Part shown: piece by piece, positions 8,353 through 18,383 of the stretch
Position numbering within the stretch: position 1 is the first letter of the stretch
Layout: each line of letters begins with the position of its first letter
From: an uncultured Roseivirgaceae bacterium
GTDB taxonomy: Bacteria > Bacteroidota > Bacteroidia > Cytophagales > Cyclobacteriaceae
DNA: 64,000 nt
Assembly: GCA_964591785.1 (NCBI GenBank)
Contig: CAZQDI010000002.1
Location: forward strand, 443-64,442
Direction: 5' to 3'
Notes under the pieces: generated by a model
The model's database searches: none
What the model was told of the DNA's origin: nothing
The model's input: only the letters and a program-made list of their open reading frames with translations
Made by a program: the position numbers and the translations under genes

Positions 8353-9681
8353 ATGGAAACAACCCTGCAAAACATGAAGTGGAATATTTCAATGATCGTT
8401 CTCGTTTTCTTACTTGCCTGCAGTGAGGATACGAAGGAATTGATCCCCGAGGATGACTTCAGTCTTTCTGCTACCTACATTTTTTTTAATGGCAATGAAG
8501 ACGAGCAGCAGATTAAAGTAAGCAATTTCGGGTCCAACCCGATTGGGTGGTCAGCGACTGTGATTTCGGGTGATTTTGTCCAATTAAGAAATTCGCAGGG
8601 CGAAATCGCTCCTGAAAGCAGCGGACTGATTGTGGTGGAGGTAGATCGACAAAACCTGGAAGAGCGGGTGTACCAGAGTGCACTCGAAGTAAGTATTGGT
8701 ACAAAAAGCTTTACGCTGACTGTGGAGGTCTCCGGCGTCCCTTCCATGAGTTTTGATGTGGTTTTGATTGATGCGGCATACAGTGAGAAACTCAATGCTG
8801 TCATCGCCATTGACAACGCCAATCAACTACATCTCATCGATCCAAAAAATCAATTTATTCAAACACTAGACCTTGAATTTCCCGCCACTTGCATGGCACT
8901 CAGCCCAGATGGTGACAAGGTCCTGGTCGGGCATAACTATGCCTACTCCATTGTGGATCTGGTCAATTTTGAAGTAGCACAGGTCCAGGGCATTCTGATT
9001 GAGGTCTTTGATGCCATTTACGCCACCGACGAGTGGATTTATCTGTTTCCCAACGAGGATCAATGGGTGAGCATTCATGGCTACAATCTTGTAACAGGCG
9101 AAGAGCTGACCTCTTTTAATAACATTCGTGAAAAAACGATCGCCAAAAAACACCCAACACAGGACTTCATGTATGGTATTTCTACCAATAGTACTCCCAA
9201 GGACATCGAGAAATACGGGTATGGAAATCGGCCGGAAATCCTGTACGAGACGCCCTATCATGGGGATTACCCCATTGGTGCTGATTTATGGGTGAATGGG
9301 CAAGAAAATTACATTCTAACCCAGGCAGGAAGTATTTTTAGAGTATCTGACAGTCCTGCAGATGATTTAACCTACCTAAGCTCACTTTCGCTGGGAAGCT
9401 CTTTGATCGATGCGGCCCAATTCAATCATTCAAGGAATGAAAATTACTTACTTGTGAGCAGTAATTCGTTTGAAGAAACTTCTGAAGTATTGATCTACAC
9501 CGATACCTGGGAACTGGTGGATCGAGTCGGTTTTCCGCCCGTTGAATACGATGATCAATTGACGTCTGAATTCAATGGAGAGCATATTTTCTTCAATGCG
9601 CTGGGAGGCGAATACTATGTCTTGGGCTCACTACCTCAGAACAACTCGAAATCGGCTATCCTTAACTATCAGCTCCAATGA
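8353..9681 (+). CDS. lipoprotein with BACON-like domain plus beta-propeller-like C-terminal region
   Basis: The ORF-track start at 8314 is a TTG only 6 nt from the divergent gene. The first ATG is at 8353, with an alternative at 8374 (MKWNISMIVLVFLLAC lipobox). The BACON-like segment is IGWSATVISGDFVQLRNSQGEI...LIVVEVDRQNL. The stop overlaps the next start (ATGA at 9678-9681). Confidence 0.7.
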   Translation: METTLQNMKWNISMIVLVFLLACSEDTKELIPEDDFSLSATYIFFNGNEDEQQIKVSNFGSNPIGWSATVISGDFVQLRNSQGEIAPESSGLIVVEVDRQNLEERVYQSALEVSIGTKSFTLTVEVSGVPSMSFDVVLIDAAYSEKLNAVIAIDNANQLHLIDPKNQFIQTLDLEFPATCMALSPDGDKVLVGHNYAYSIVDLVNFEVAQVQGILIEVFDAIYATDEWIYLFPNEDQWVSIHGYNLVTGEELTSFNNIREKTIAKKHPTQDFMYGISTNSTPKDIEKYGYGNRPEILYETPYHGDYPIGADLWVNGQENYILTQAGSIFRVSDSPADDLTYLSSLSLGSSLIDAAQFNHSRNENYLLVSSNSFEETSEVLIYTDTWELVDRVGFPPVEYDDQLTSEFNGEHIFFNALGGEYYVLGSLPQNNSKSAILNYQLQ

Positions 9682-11678
9682 ATCGAATACTCTTCTCACT
9701 CCTGCTGAGTTCATTACTAGTTGGTTCCTGCAACCAGGACGAAGCCCTGCCACAGGCAGAGCTTTCGACCGGCAGTCCCACCCCCATTGCGGGCGGTGGA
9801 CTTACATTGAATGGCTTTATCGGTTACATTTCGGCTACTGATCACGGGTTTACCATTTACAAAGAGGAAAATTCGTACCCTTCCAAACGAATCAGCCTGG
9901 GATCGCCTCAGTCGCGAGGTAGTTTCTCTGCACCACTCACCAACGGGCTGGAAGAAGGTGTCACATACGGGGTCCGTTCCTATATGGTACGAAATGGAGA
10001 ATTAACTGAAGGAGGTCAGCAGCCCTTCGTCTGGACAGGTGATCGCCTACCCGAACTTACCGACTTCTTCCCGAAAAGCGGGCATGTCGGGGACACAATC
10101 ACCATTGAAGGCCGGTATTTTGGGGACAGCCCCTACGTCGTTTTCAACGGAAGCAAGACGACCCCCGCCCTGTCTTCTACCGACACGCACGTCAAGGTGG
10201 TCGTGCCCGAGCTTGAACTCGTGACTTCAAGGATCGAGCTCTGGCAGAATACGACTGAAACTAGTCAATTGGTGGGTTCATTCCTTCTCGAGAAGCCTGA
10301 AATTCATTCCATTGAGCCCGCTCAAATCGATTTCAGAGGCATAGTAACCATCCATGGGGATCATTTTGATACGAACCTGCAACGAAATGAAGTGCGAGTT
10401 GATGGTAAAATGGCCAACGTCATTGCCAGCTCCAGGAATCGCATTTCAGTCGTTGTGCCCGATGACATCGAAACCAGTTTTCCTAAGGTGAGCGTCAAAG
10501 CTCAGTTGCGGGAAGTTGAAAGCGCTCAAACGATTGAAGTCAATGGACCAAGTATAGACACCGCTCCTACTTCTGGTCACTCCAGGGATGAACTGATCAT
10601 CACCGGAAGCAATTTTCACCCTGTTTATTACCGAAACAAGGTATGGATCGGGGATGCCGAAGCTGAAGTGCAGTATGGTAGCACGAATACGACCCTTAAG
10701 ATTACCGTGCCGGATGGACCATACCCAAGCAAAAGTGCCCCGGTAACAGTTCAAGTATTGGACAAGGAGGCGATGAGTGATGCAGCATTTGAAATTCTTG
10801 ATGAGTGGCGAATGATTGCAGTCGGCATCGATCCACCCTTTTATGGAGATCCCGGAGCTTTTACCATCGGCAATAAAGCCTACCTGATCTGCGAAGTAGA
10901 GGGCATCTGGAATGAGATCATGCATCTTTGGACATTTGATCCGTCGGATTACTCTTGGTCCTATGAAGAAATTCCGTTTGAGGTGGATTACCATGCTGAT
11001 GTTATTTCTGATGGCAATTACGGGTATCTCTATACTGCGGGCAGTTCCAATAACTTTTGGAGATTTGACGCCGATCGCCGTGCATGGGAGCAGTTAGCAG
11101 ATTTTCCCGGCGACCGAAGACGAAGAGGAACGATAGCCCAGGTCGGCAATAAGATCCTCTTAGGCATGGGGGCGCTATACGCAGATCAATCCAACCCTCC
11201 TGATCTGATCGACATGCATTCATATGACATCAATACGAATACATGGACGCGAGTTTCTGACATGCCCCTGGACTATGGAGGACAAAGAGGCCGATGGAAC
11301 ATGTCCAGCTTCACAATTGATGACTACGTATATTATGTCGGGGGCGCAAGAAGTACAGGTGACAGTGAATACTATCGATACGATGCAGCCACCGATGAAT
11401 GGGTAGAACTTGGAAATTTCAACTACATCAGTGACAATGTGACTTTTACTTTGAATGGTAAAGGCTATGTGGCCACTGGAAATCGCCTCTACAATGAGTG
11501 CTGGAGTTTTGATCCTGAGGTAAACACCTGGACCCGAGTCAATGAAGTGGGTTTATTTGAAAGAGAACGGGCTTTTTCTTTCGTGCTAAACAATCAGGCG
11601 TATATCGGCGGCGGCTATTGCAGCAGTTGTTCCTCGTACGGGCAGGAAGATGAATTGTACATCTGGGACGGTAATTAA
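9678..11678 (+). CDS. lipoprotein with IPT/TIG Ig-like domains and Kelch-type propeller
   Basis: Lipobox MNRILFSLLLSSLLVGSC. Several IPT-like units (GDTITIEGRYFGD, GIVTIHGDHFDTNLQRNEVRVDG...ISVVVP, ELIITGSNFHP...LKITVP). Kelch-like blades follow (GNKAYLI, GNKILLGMG, DDYVYYVGG, NGKGYVATG, NNQAYIGGG). Confidence 0.8.
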   Translation: MNRILFSLLLSSLLVGSCNQDEALPQAELSTGSPTPIAGGGLTLNGFIGYISATDHGFTIYKEENSYPSKRISLGSPQSRGSFSAPLTNGLEEGVTYGVRSYMVRNGELTEGGQQPFVWTGDRLPELTDFFPKSGHVGDTITIEGRYFGDSPYVVFNGSKTTPALSSTDTHVKVVVPELELVTSRIELWQNTTETSQLVGSFLLEKPEIHSIEPAQIDFRGIVTIHGDHFDTNLQRNEVRVDGKMANVIASSRNRISVVVPDDIETSFPKVSVKAQLREVESAQTIEVNGPSIDTAPTSGHSRDELIITGSNFHPVYYRNKVWIGDAEAEVQYGSTNTTLKITVPDGPYPSKSAPVTVQVLDKEAMSDAAFEILDEWRMIAVGIDPPFYGDPGAFTIGNKAYLICEVEGIWNEIMHLWTFDPSDYSWSYEEIPFEVDYHADVISDGNYGYLYTAGSSNNFWRFDADRRAWEQLADFPGDRRRRGTIAQVGNKILLGMGALYADQSNPPDLIDMHSYDINTNTWTRVSDMPLDYGGQRGRWNMSSFTIDDYVYYVGGARSTGDSEYYRYDAATDEWVELGNFNYISDNVTFTLNGKGYVATGNRLYNECWSFDPEVNTWTRVNEVGLFERERAFSFVLNNQAYIGGGYCSSCSSYGQEDELYIWDGN

Positions 11679-11811
11679 CCCTTCTATAATAATTTCAAAA
11701 CCTTTAATAAAATACACCTAAGATCCTTATCCGAAGATTTCCTCCTAATCTGCGGCGGGCCAATTCGTCTCTAGTCCGGAACGTATGGGTGGATTTGAAA
11801 CTGTCATTGAT

Positions 11812-13662
11812 CTAATTCGTGGAATGATTTAAGAAAAGAAGATCCCTACCTGTCTTTATGGTGCCATAGATAACGATGGTAGATTCTTGCTCTGACAGTC
11901 CTGAAATCAAAAGTCTTTCCATATTGACAGGTAAACTTTTCTCTAATTGGTAATTAGATGTATTAAAAACATTTATTCCCTCGGTACTCAAGTAATAAAC
12001 CAGCTCCTGGTCCTTGGAAAGCGTAGGAATACCGTCAATATTCAGGTTTGTCACTTCATCAAGTGTTTCTGCGGACAACACAAGCCCGCTTTCGTAAAAA
12101 ATAACATTGGTACTTCTTTTGAATTCAAAAGCACTATTTGCACCAGCAGTAGAGTTTCTAGCCGAAATATCTCTTTCAATTAGTATTTCTTCCGTGGCTA
12201 AATCAACCTTTATTGTACTTTCAATTCGATTAAAATCACCTTCACTAACGAATGCATATTCATTCAATCTCGCCTCTATGGAGGGATAGTGCCTGATACC
12301 CCCCAAATTTGATACCCGCCTTATGCTGTCATTTTCAAGATTCAATTCTACAATGGTTGAAGTACCAAATTGCTGCGGATTTCCTGAAATCCAAATCCGG
12401 TCGTCGGCCACTTTATGAATATCCCATACCAATGGATTGAATAGCTCCTCGATTATTGTAATCACCTTAATTTGAGCGGTATGTGTATCGTATATCGCCA
12501 AGGCGCCAGAGCCACCTAGTCCCACGTACAATAACCCTGATTCTTCATCTAAGAACAGTTTAGTAGGAATGGAACCAATATCAATCTGCTCAATGTATTC
12601 TCTGCTGTTAATGTCCATGATATCCAGGCGATTCTTACTTGGAACGGTCATATACAAATTGTTTTCCAAAATCAGCATATCCCCTATCGAATGTGCCAGC
12701 GTTAAAATATCACCAAACAAAATAGACTCGGGTGAACTTGAAACACTGTTCTCTTGAGCTGTTTGCGTAGAGATTGCGTAGTAGTAGGTGGTCCCTGGAA
12801 CCGCTGAATCATCAATAAATTCAGTTACATTCCGTTGAGTCGATTCATACAAGACTTCTTCAAATCTAAAATCGTTGTATGTGCTTCTATGCACTTTTTG
12901 TTTACTAAAGTTCGCCACTGTCGATGGTGTCCAAGAAATAGATACGCCATTTTCACTTTGAGTCAATGACGTGATCGGTGAAGGACTTAGCGCAAATACT
13001 GTAAATGTAAGAGTACTATCATTTGGCAACGTAGCACTTATGACATTTAATGGAGAATCTCCTATCTCAAATAAAACTTCCGCTTCACCTTCACTGTTGG
13101 TTTTTACAAGCTGTTCAGACCCCGAGTCCAGGAGCCCGTTTCCTTGTTCAACCACAAACTTAACGGGAATATCCTGAGATAAATTTCCGAAATCATCGCT
13201 AACAGATACCACAAAGGGTTCCTCTAACAACTGTCGACTTAAAGATTCTTGATTATCACCACTCACTTTAGAGAAGTTTGTCACTCGGCTTTTGCCAACT
13301 TCTCTTGTAATAAAAACGGTTGTATCCAGACTTGGCATCGTAGCCTGCAATACTAACCGCCCGGTATCTGTGTATACTGCAGATGCCGCAATCAACCCAT
13401 TTTGATCGCTCACTAGGTTATTTACTATTAGATCGGCACGACCCGAATTGATGGTGATATTCACCTCAGCACCTGCCACAGGTATTGAGTCACGAAAAAG
13501 CACCTGTAATACGATTGGGTCAGATTGCTCATTAACAAAACCAAAATCCCATTCACGACCTACGAGCGTCAGTTTTTCAGGTATGATATCAATAAAAGCT
13601 TGATCCTCGCTGCAAGACAAAAGAACGACGAGAAGAAAAATATAGATACCCTTTTTAATCAT
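11812..13662 (-). CDS. lipoprotein: Ig-like (Big_1-type) x2 + FN3-like + beta-propeller-like region (paralog of 13655..15583)
   Basis: The ATG at 13662 gives MIKKGIYIFLLVVLLSC (lipobox) and an 8-nt ATGATTAA overlap with the upstream gene, whereas the ORF-track start at 13707 adds 15 aa. Ig-like motif VSGDNQESL...PFVVSVSDDFGN...VKFVVEQGNG. FN3-like segment ISWTPS...GTTYYYAIS. Confidence 0.75.
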   Translation of the reverse strand: MIKKGIYIFLLVVLLSCSEDQAFIDIIPEKLTLVGREWDFGFVNEQSDPIVLQVLFRDSIPVAGAEVNITINSGRADLIVNNLVSDQNGLIAASAVYTDTGRLVLQATMPSLDTTVFITREVGKSRVTNFSKVSGDNQESLSRQLLEEPFVVSVSDDFGNLSQDIPVKFVVEQGNGLLDSGSEQLVKTNSEGEAEVLFEIGDSPLNVISATLPNDSTLTFTVFALSPSPITSLTQSENGVSISWTPSTVANFSKQKVHRSTYNDFRFEEVLYESTQRNVTEFIDDSAVPGTTYYYAISTQTAQENSVSSSPESILFGDILTLAHSIGDMLILENNLYMTVPSKNRLDIMDINSREYIEQIDIGSIPTKLFLDEESGLLYVGLGGSGALAIYDTHTAQIKVITIIEELFNPLVWDIHKVADDRIWISGNPQQFGTSTIVELNLENDSIRRVSNLGGIRHYPSIEARLNEYAFVSEGDFNRIESTIKVDLATEEILIERDISARNSTAGANSAFEFKRSTNVIFYESGLVLSAETLDEVTNLNIDGIPTLSKDQELVYYLSTEGINVFNTSNYQLEKSLPVNMERLLISGLSEQESTIVIYGTIKTGRDLLFLNHSTN

Positions 13663-15583
13663 TGACGAGAAAGTATAGGCGCTTTCTGAGGTTATACTCA
13701 TCTGCATGATATACGATTATGCCGCCATCATCAGAAACATAAAAACTCTTAACAGGATGTGCTTTTCCAATGTCTTCAATCAGTGTTAACAGCTGTGTAT
13801 CATAAATCCTGATCCGTCCTGATTGTGCAGAATAAAAAGTTGATCCATCCATTGACAAGTGGATCTTGAAGCCATTGTGAATATCTCTTGCTCCTTCAAA
13901 TAGCCCGATTTGATTTCCGGTTTGTGAATCCAATATTTGTCCATTTTCAAGATAAAACTTGTCCCCTTCTGGGCTTATTTCAATCGAATTGGTGGGGGGA
14001 GAAATATAAGGAGGGGAAAATATGCGAACAACTGAGTCCAAGGCAGTAGTATTAACGCGAAAGATGTTGTGACCTGATCCAGATCTCTCGCCCACATAAA
14101 GAAATTCTCCAATTTCTCCAATGAAACCTATGTTCTTGTCAGGAAACCTGACCGGAGGAATTGGAATGGCCTGATTTCCATTGACAATACGAACCAGATT
14201 GCCCCCTCTTGCTGTGACCAATACCTCTCCATTTAGTGTTTCATAAATGTCTAGAATGCTTTTGTCATCTCCTCCAAGTGCTTCTTGACAGTTGATCTCC
14301 TGCACTACTTCGCCTGTTACGAGGTCAACTTTACGAAGAAAACCTCCGCGTGCGGAATAAAATTCCGACTGAGCAGAAGTGAAGGTTACAGAACCGTTAA
14401 AATAGGTATAGGGAGTCTGTGAGATCACATCTTTTGAAACTGGGTCGATGAATAACAGCTTGGTTTCTAAGACGAGCATCAACTGGTCGTTAAACCTTAT
14501 GATCTCAGAGATCTCCTCATCATAATCCACATAATCTCCAAACTCTACCCCTTGGCTCCTTTTCCCTCTAGAAACCCCTCCTAGTGTACTGACCATATCC
14601 ACTCGATACTTGTAAAAATTCCCAGTAGACAAAGCGGATGATCGATCAAGATAGGTAATGGTTGATTGGTCTGTTATTTCTTCAATTACTACCCAATTTT
14701 CTGATCCTAAAGGGGATCTATAAATCTTCAGTGAATCAAAGTTCTGATCTTCATACTCCTGCCAATCAATGCGAATGTGGTCTCCCAGGTTCGTCGCGAT
14801 AACATCAAAAGGGATCAAGTTAAAACTTTCAAAATCAACACTTAACCCATTGATGCTTGCTTTCACTAAGTTTTCAACAACCTCTTCTCCCATTTTATAT
14901 CGGATGGATGCAATTCCATCTGTTACTCTAACCTGATTATTTCGATTGAAATCTCCGTCACCCTTGACTATTTCGAATGTAACATTTGCTCCATTGATGG
15001 GATTGTCGTATTGGTCCGTAACCTCTACAATCAAATCTTGATCAAGAAACCTGTTCGGTGAAGTCTCCTGATGGTTACCTTCAATAATCTTGATCTTGCT
15101 AGGACTTTCTTGTAATGCGTCAAACCTGAGGAAGATGGGCGATCCAACTAATCCTGGTGAGGATACTTTGATCCTATTTGTTCCAACACTTTCAGGCATT
15201 TCTACCAGAAATGTAGCCTCTCCGCCTTCGTTGGTGGTCACAATTCTGTTTCCTGGCTCAATCCCTAAGTCTCCCTCTACCACCTCTAAAAACACTTGAA
15301 CGTTCTCTATTCCAGTGGAAGCATCACTTCCTAACACCTTTATGCGAATGGGATCTGAAACCGAAGCAACAACTAGATTTGTATCAGTACCTGAGTTGAT
15401 TTGAAGGTATTTTGGATAAATCGACAACTGATTCGTTTCCTGTTCGCAGCCAAAAAAGGCAAGCGCGATAATCAAGTACAATACCTTCCTCAAGTTTGAA
15501 ATGTTTGTGAACAAAAATAGCGCAGCAAGGGGAATGATCTCTGAGTTGGAAGAATATCCTTTGAAACCTTTGGTGCGATACAC
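13655..15583 (-). CDS. lipoprotein: Ig-like (Big_1-type) x2 + FN3-like + beta-propeller-like region
   Basis: Same architecture as 11812..13662 (IEGNHQETSP...LIVEVTDQYDN...VTFEIVKGDG; IDWQEYED...GNFYKYRVD). A lipobox LYLIIALAFFGC lies 30 aa inside the ATG-started ORF, and an in-frame TTG at 15493 would give a canonical lipoprotein signal. Confidence 0.75.
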   Translation of the reverse strand: MYRTKGFKGYSSNSEIIPLAALFLFTNISNLRKVLYLIIALAFFGCEQETNQLSIYPKYLQINSGTDTNLVVASVSDPIRIKVLGSDASTGIENVQVFLEVVEGDLGIEPGNRIVTTNEGGEATFLVEMPESVGTNRIKVSSPGLVGSPIFLRFDALQESPSKIKIIEGNHQETSPNRFLDQDLIVEVTDQYDNPINGANVTFEIVKGDGDFNRNNQVRVTDGIASIRYKMGEEVVENLVKASINGLSVDFESFNLIPFDVIATNLGDHIRIDWQEYEDQNFDSLKIYRSPLGSENWVVIEEITDQSTITYLDRSSALSTGNFYKYRVDMVSTLGGVSRGKRSQGVEFGDYVDYDEEISEIIRFNDQLMLVLETKLLFIDPVSKDVISQTPYTYFNGSVTFTSAQSEFYSARGGFLRKVDLVTGEVVQEINCQEALGGDDKSILDIYETLNGEVLVTARGGNLVRIVNGNQAIPIPPVRFPDKNIGFIGEIGEFLYVGERSGSGHNIFRVNTTALDSVVRIFSPPYISPPTNSIEISPEGDKFYLENGQILDSQTGNQIGLFEGARDIHNGFKIHLSMDGSTFYSAQSGRIRIYDTQLLTLIEDIGKAHPVKSFYVSDDGGIIVYHADEYNLRKRLYFLVND

Positions 15584-15734
15584 GAACTACTTCCTGTTTG
15601 CCAGAAGCTCAATAGCTCCTGTAGTCATTTCCGAACGACCCCTGAATCAACCACTGGATCATGCGACAAGTCAACAATTCATCCCAAAAGAGTGTATCGT
15701 GACACCAATACTCATTGTGGCAGGGCGACTGCAC

Positions 15735-18383
15735 CTATTCTGCCCGCAAACTCTTCACGGGGTTCATTCGTGCAGCGCGTATGGATTGGAAACTGACCGT
15801 AACCAGGGTAATGGCCAAGGCTCCCAATGCTGCCGCAATGAAAATCCAACCGCTGACCTCAATACGGTATTCGTAGTTTTCCAACCAGGAAGACAAGCCA
15901 ACATAGGCCATCGGGCAGGCAATGATGCAGGATACCACTACCAACACGACAAACTCACTGGTGAGTAATCGCCAAAGATTCAAGACGGTCGCCCCCAGCA
16001 CTTTACGGATTCCAATTTCTTTGGTACGCTGTTCCGCGACAAATGAGGCCAGACCTAACAAACCCAGGCAACTGATGAAGATGGCCAGCACTGAAAATGT
16101 ACCTGCAAGTCTGGCTACACGCTCCTCAGCTGCAAACTTTTCCGCATGGTCATGATGGGCAAACGTAGGATTAAACGGCACCCTGGGTGCAATTTCTTCC
16201 AATACCCCTTCCACCAGCTCCAGCGAAGTCCGAATGCTTTGTTCAGGGTTTAGCTTCAATGTGAGGTAATTGGCGTAGGCATCGTATCCGATCATGTAGA
16301 TGGTAGGTGTTACTGCCTGGAATGGAGATTCCATCAACATGTTTCTGACTACCCCAATGACCGTATGTTCCCTCCTGCCCCATTTGATGCGTTTCCCTAT
16401 GGGATCCTCTATGCCCATGTAGGCTACAGCCGCTTCGTTCAGCAGATAAGCAGTGGAGTCGCTGGAAAGCTCCCTGGAAAAATCACGACCCTCCAACAGC
16501 TCCCAGCCCACCGTCCGGCCATAGTCATGCGTTACATAAATGATTGAAAAATTCGTCTGAAAATTTGGTTCCTTGCCCTGCCAACTAAAGCCTCCGTTCG
16601 TGTTTTGAATGTTGGTCATGGAACTTGACGATTCCGTCAGGTCTACAATGCCACCACTGCCAATCAATTCGTTTCTTAACAGATTGTACTTGCCTTCAAA
16701 ATCGGCAGTATTCAACTCCAGTGTAATCAACCCCTGCTGATCATATCCAAGGGGTCGATCTTTGGTGTACTGAATTTGCTTCAATACCACGATTGTTCCT
16801 ATGATCAAAAGGACGGAAACCGAAAACTGGAACACCACTAATGCCCTTCTTGAAACGACCGCAGAAGTTCCAGCCTTATAGGTCCCCTTTAAGGCTTTGA
16901 TGGGCGTGAGTGACGAAAGGTACAACGCTGGGTAGCTTCCAGCCATTAATCCGGTAACCAGCATAAAGCCTACGGAAATCAGCCAGAAATAAGGATTTAG
17001 AAGTGGCAATTGCATGGGATATCCCACCACTTGGCTCACATATGGTAGGATAGCGCCAACCATTACCATCGCCAAGGAGAAAGACAAAACGACCACAAAG
17101 ATGGACTCACATAAGAACTGCTGAACCAGCTGACCCCGTAATGTCCCCATTGATTTCCGTATGCCTACCTCTTTGGCTCTTTTTTCCGAACGGGCCGTGC
17201 TTAGGTTCATGAAATTGACGCAGGCCAACACTAACACAAAGCCACCGATGATCCCGAATAACCAGACGTATTGAACCAGCCCACCCGTTTGAATTCCATT
17301 TTCCCAATTCGAACGAAGGTGCCAGTCTGACATGGGGTGCAGAAACAGTTGAGGTGCAGCAGCTTGCTTGCTTGGACCCAAGTGATCAATCGTCACCCGC
17401 TTAATCTTCGCACTGACCTCCGACATATTGGCCTGATCAGCGATCTGCACGAATAGCTGAAAGGAATTCTCGTCCCAGGCCTGGCGTTCCCTGGCACTGC
17501 GTACCCAGTCGTAGGTGGAGACGTAAAGCTCCCAGGGAGCAATAAAGTGTAAGTCACCAAAACTGGAGCTAACAGGAAGGTCTTCATAAATACCACTGAC
17601 AGTTACCGTTAACTCATTGTCCAATTCGATCCGTTGTCCCATCGGTTCCATTTCACTAAAGAGCTTCTGAGCAGTGGATCTGGAGAGTAGAACGGAATGG
17701 GGGTCCTGCAGGCCTTCCATAGAACCTTTGATCAATTCTATTGAAAGGAGATGCGGTGCTTGAACATCCATAAAGCTGCCCGTTTGTGTAATAACTTGCT
17801 GTTCATGAGATAAGATATGGTTGTAGGTCCAATCAGACATCACCACGTACTTGAAATCACTGCCATAGTCTTTGGCCAGTGCTTCACCGAGAGGGAAAGG
17901 AACGGAGTTTTGCGTTTGTAGCTCACCATGATAGCTCTGATGCTGCATGACTTGCGCGATCCGATCATAGTTTGCATGGGTGGTATTGTGAGCGAGCTCG
18001 GCTTTGATCCAAAGCCCGATAAAAATAGCGATGGCCATGCCAACCGCAAGACCGCTGATGTTGATCGCTGCATAACCTTTATTTCTTGTAAGGTTTCGGT
18101 AACCGATTTTGAAGTAGTTTTTGAACATGCTTAGTTGATTGGAGGGTTGACCGGTGTTGATTCGAGCGTTGTACATGCGGATGAACAGGATTGCATTGAG
18201 CACGTAGTAGCAATTGGCGATAAATCTCCCCTTTTCCAACCAACGTTCATACAGTTCCAGTAGGTCTCCTCGAATTTCATTCGAATACTCTTTCTTGCAG
18301 TACCAATCCAATAGGCGATTGATCCATTTCGGTGGCCGGGGTTCTTTTACTTCTCCCATATCAGTTTCGGAATGTCTGTCCAT
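15735..18383 (-). CDS. duplicated FtsX-family (MacB-like, ADOP-type) orphan permease with N-terminal cytoplasmic prefix domain
   Basis: 882 aa in two halves. Each half has a large periplasmic domain and a 4-TM FtsX unit with the loop motif RAKEVGIRKSMG / RTKEIGIRKVLGA. C-terminus SIRAARMNPVKSLRAE. The N-terminal ~95 aa (PPKWINRLLDWYCKKEYSNEIRGDLLELYERW) precede TM1. Confidence 0.85.
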   Translation of the reverse strand: MDRHSETDMGEVKEPRPPKWINRLLDWYCKKEYSNEIRGDLLELYERWLEKGRFIANCYYVLNAILFIRMYNARINTGQPSNQLSMFKNYFKIGYRNLTRNKGYAAINISGLAVGMAIAIFIGLWIKAELAHNTTHANYDRIAQVMQHQSYHGELQTQNSVPFPLGEALAKDYGSDFKYVVMSDWTYNHILSHEQQVITQTGSFMDVQAPHLLSIELIKGSMEGLQDPHSVLLSRSTAQKLFSEMEPMGQRIELDNELTVTVSGIYEDLPVSSSFGDLHFIAPWELYVSTYDWVRSARERQAWDENSFQLFVQIADQANMSEVSAKIKRVTIDHLGPSKQAAAPQLFLHPMSDWHLRSNWENGIQTGGLVQYVWLFGIIGGFVLVLACVNFMNLSTARSEKRAKEVGIRKSMGTLRGQLVQQFLCESIFVVVLSFSLAMVMVGAILPYVSQVVGYPMQLPLLNPYFWLISVGFMLVTGLMAGSYPALYLSSLTPIKALKGTYKAGTSAVVSRRALVVFQFSVSVLLIIGTIVVLKQIQYTKDRPLGYDQQGLITLELNTADFEGKYNLLRNELIGSGGIVDLTESSSSMTNIQNTNGGFSWQGKEPNFQTNFSIIYVTHDYGRTVGWELLEGRDFSRELSSDSTAYLLNEAAVAYMGIEDPIGKRIKWGRREHTVIGVVRNMLMESPFQAVTPTIYMIGYDAYANYLTLKLNPEQSIRTSLELVEGVLEEIAPRVPFNPTFAHHDHAEKFAAEERVARLAGTFSVLAIFISCLGLLGLASFVAEQRTKEIGIRKVLGATVLNLWRLLTSEFVVLVVVSCIIACPMAYVGLSSWLENYEYRIEVSGWIFIAAALGALAITLVTVSFQSIRAARMNPVKSLRAE

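Noticed and set aside
8480-8487. T8 homopolymer in the 5' part of the BACON-like lipoprotein gene as a slipped-strand phase-variation switch.
   Set aside because: Equally long A8/T8 runs occur inside ordinary genes in the window, such as the SSS transporter near 50994-51001, the beta-lactamase-fold gene near 48360-48367 and the YARHG gene near 56267-56274. The tract is therefore not distinctive.
10446-10994. Long antisense or embedded ORFs inside confidently called genes. Examples are 10446-10994 (182 aa), 8866-9261 (131 aa), 28545-28970 (141 aa), 3290-3688 (132 aa), 15501-15968 (155 aa) and 33368-33715 (115 aa).
   Set aside because: They lie fully within, or bridge, well-supported genes on the other strand. 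Their composition is low-complexity or Arg/Ser/Cys-rich, as is typical of antisense frames. None has a recognisable motif or signal peptide.
11728-11752. Imperfect hairpin CCGAAGATT-tcctcct-AATCTGCGG in the convergent gap 11679-11811, as a bidirectional terminator.
   Set aside because: It has one mismatch in a 9-bp AT-rich stem and no flanking T or A tract on either side. This is too weak to call.
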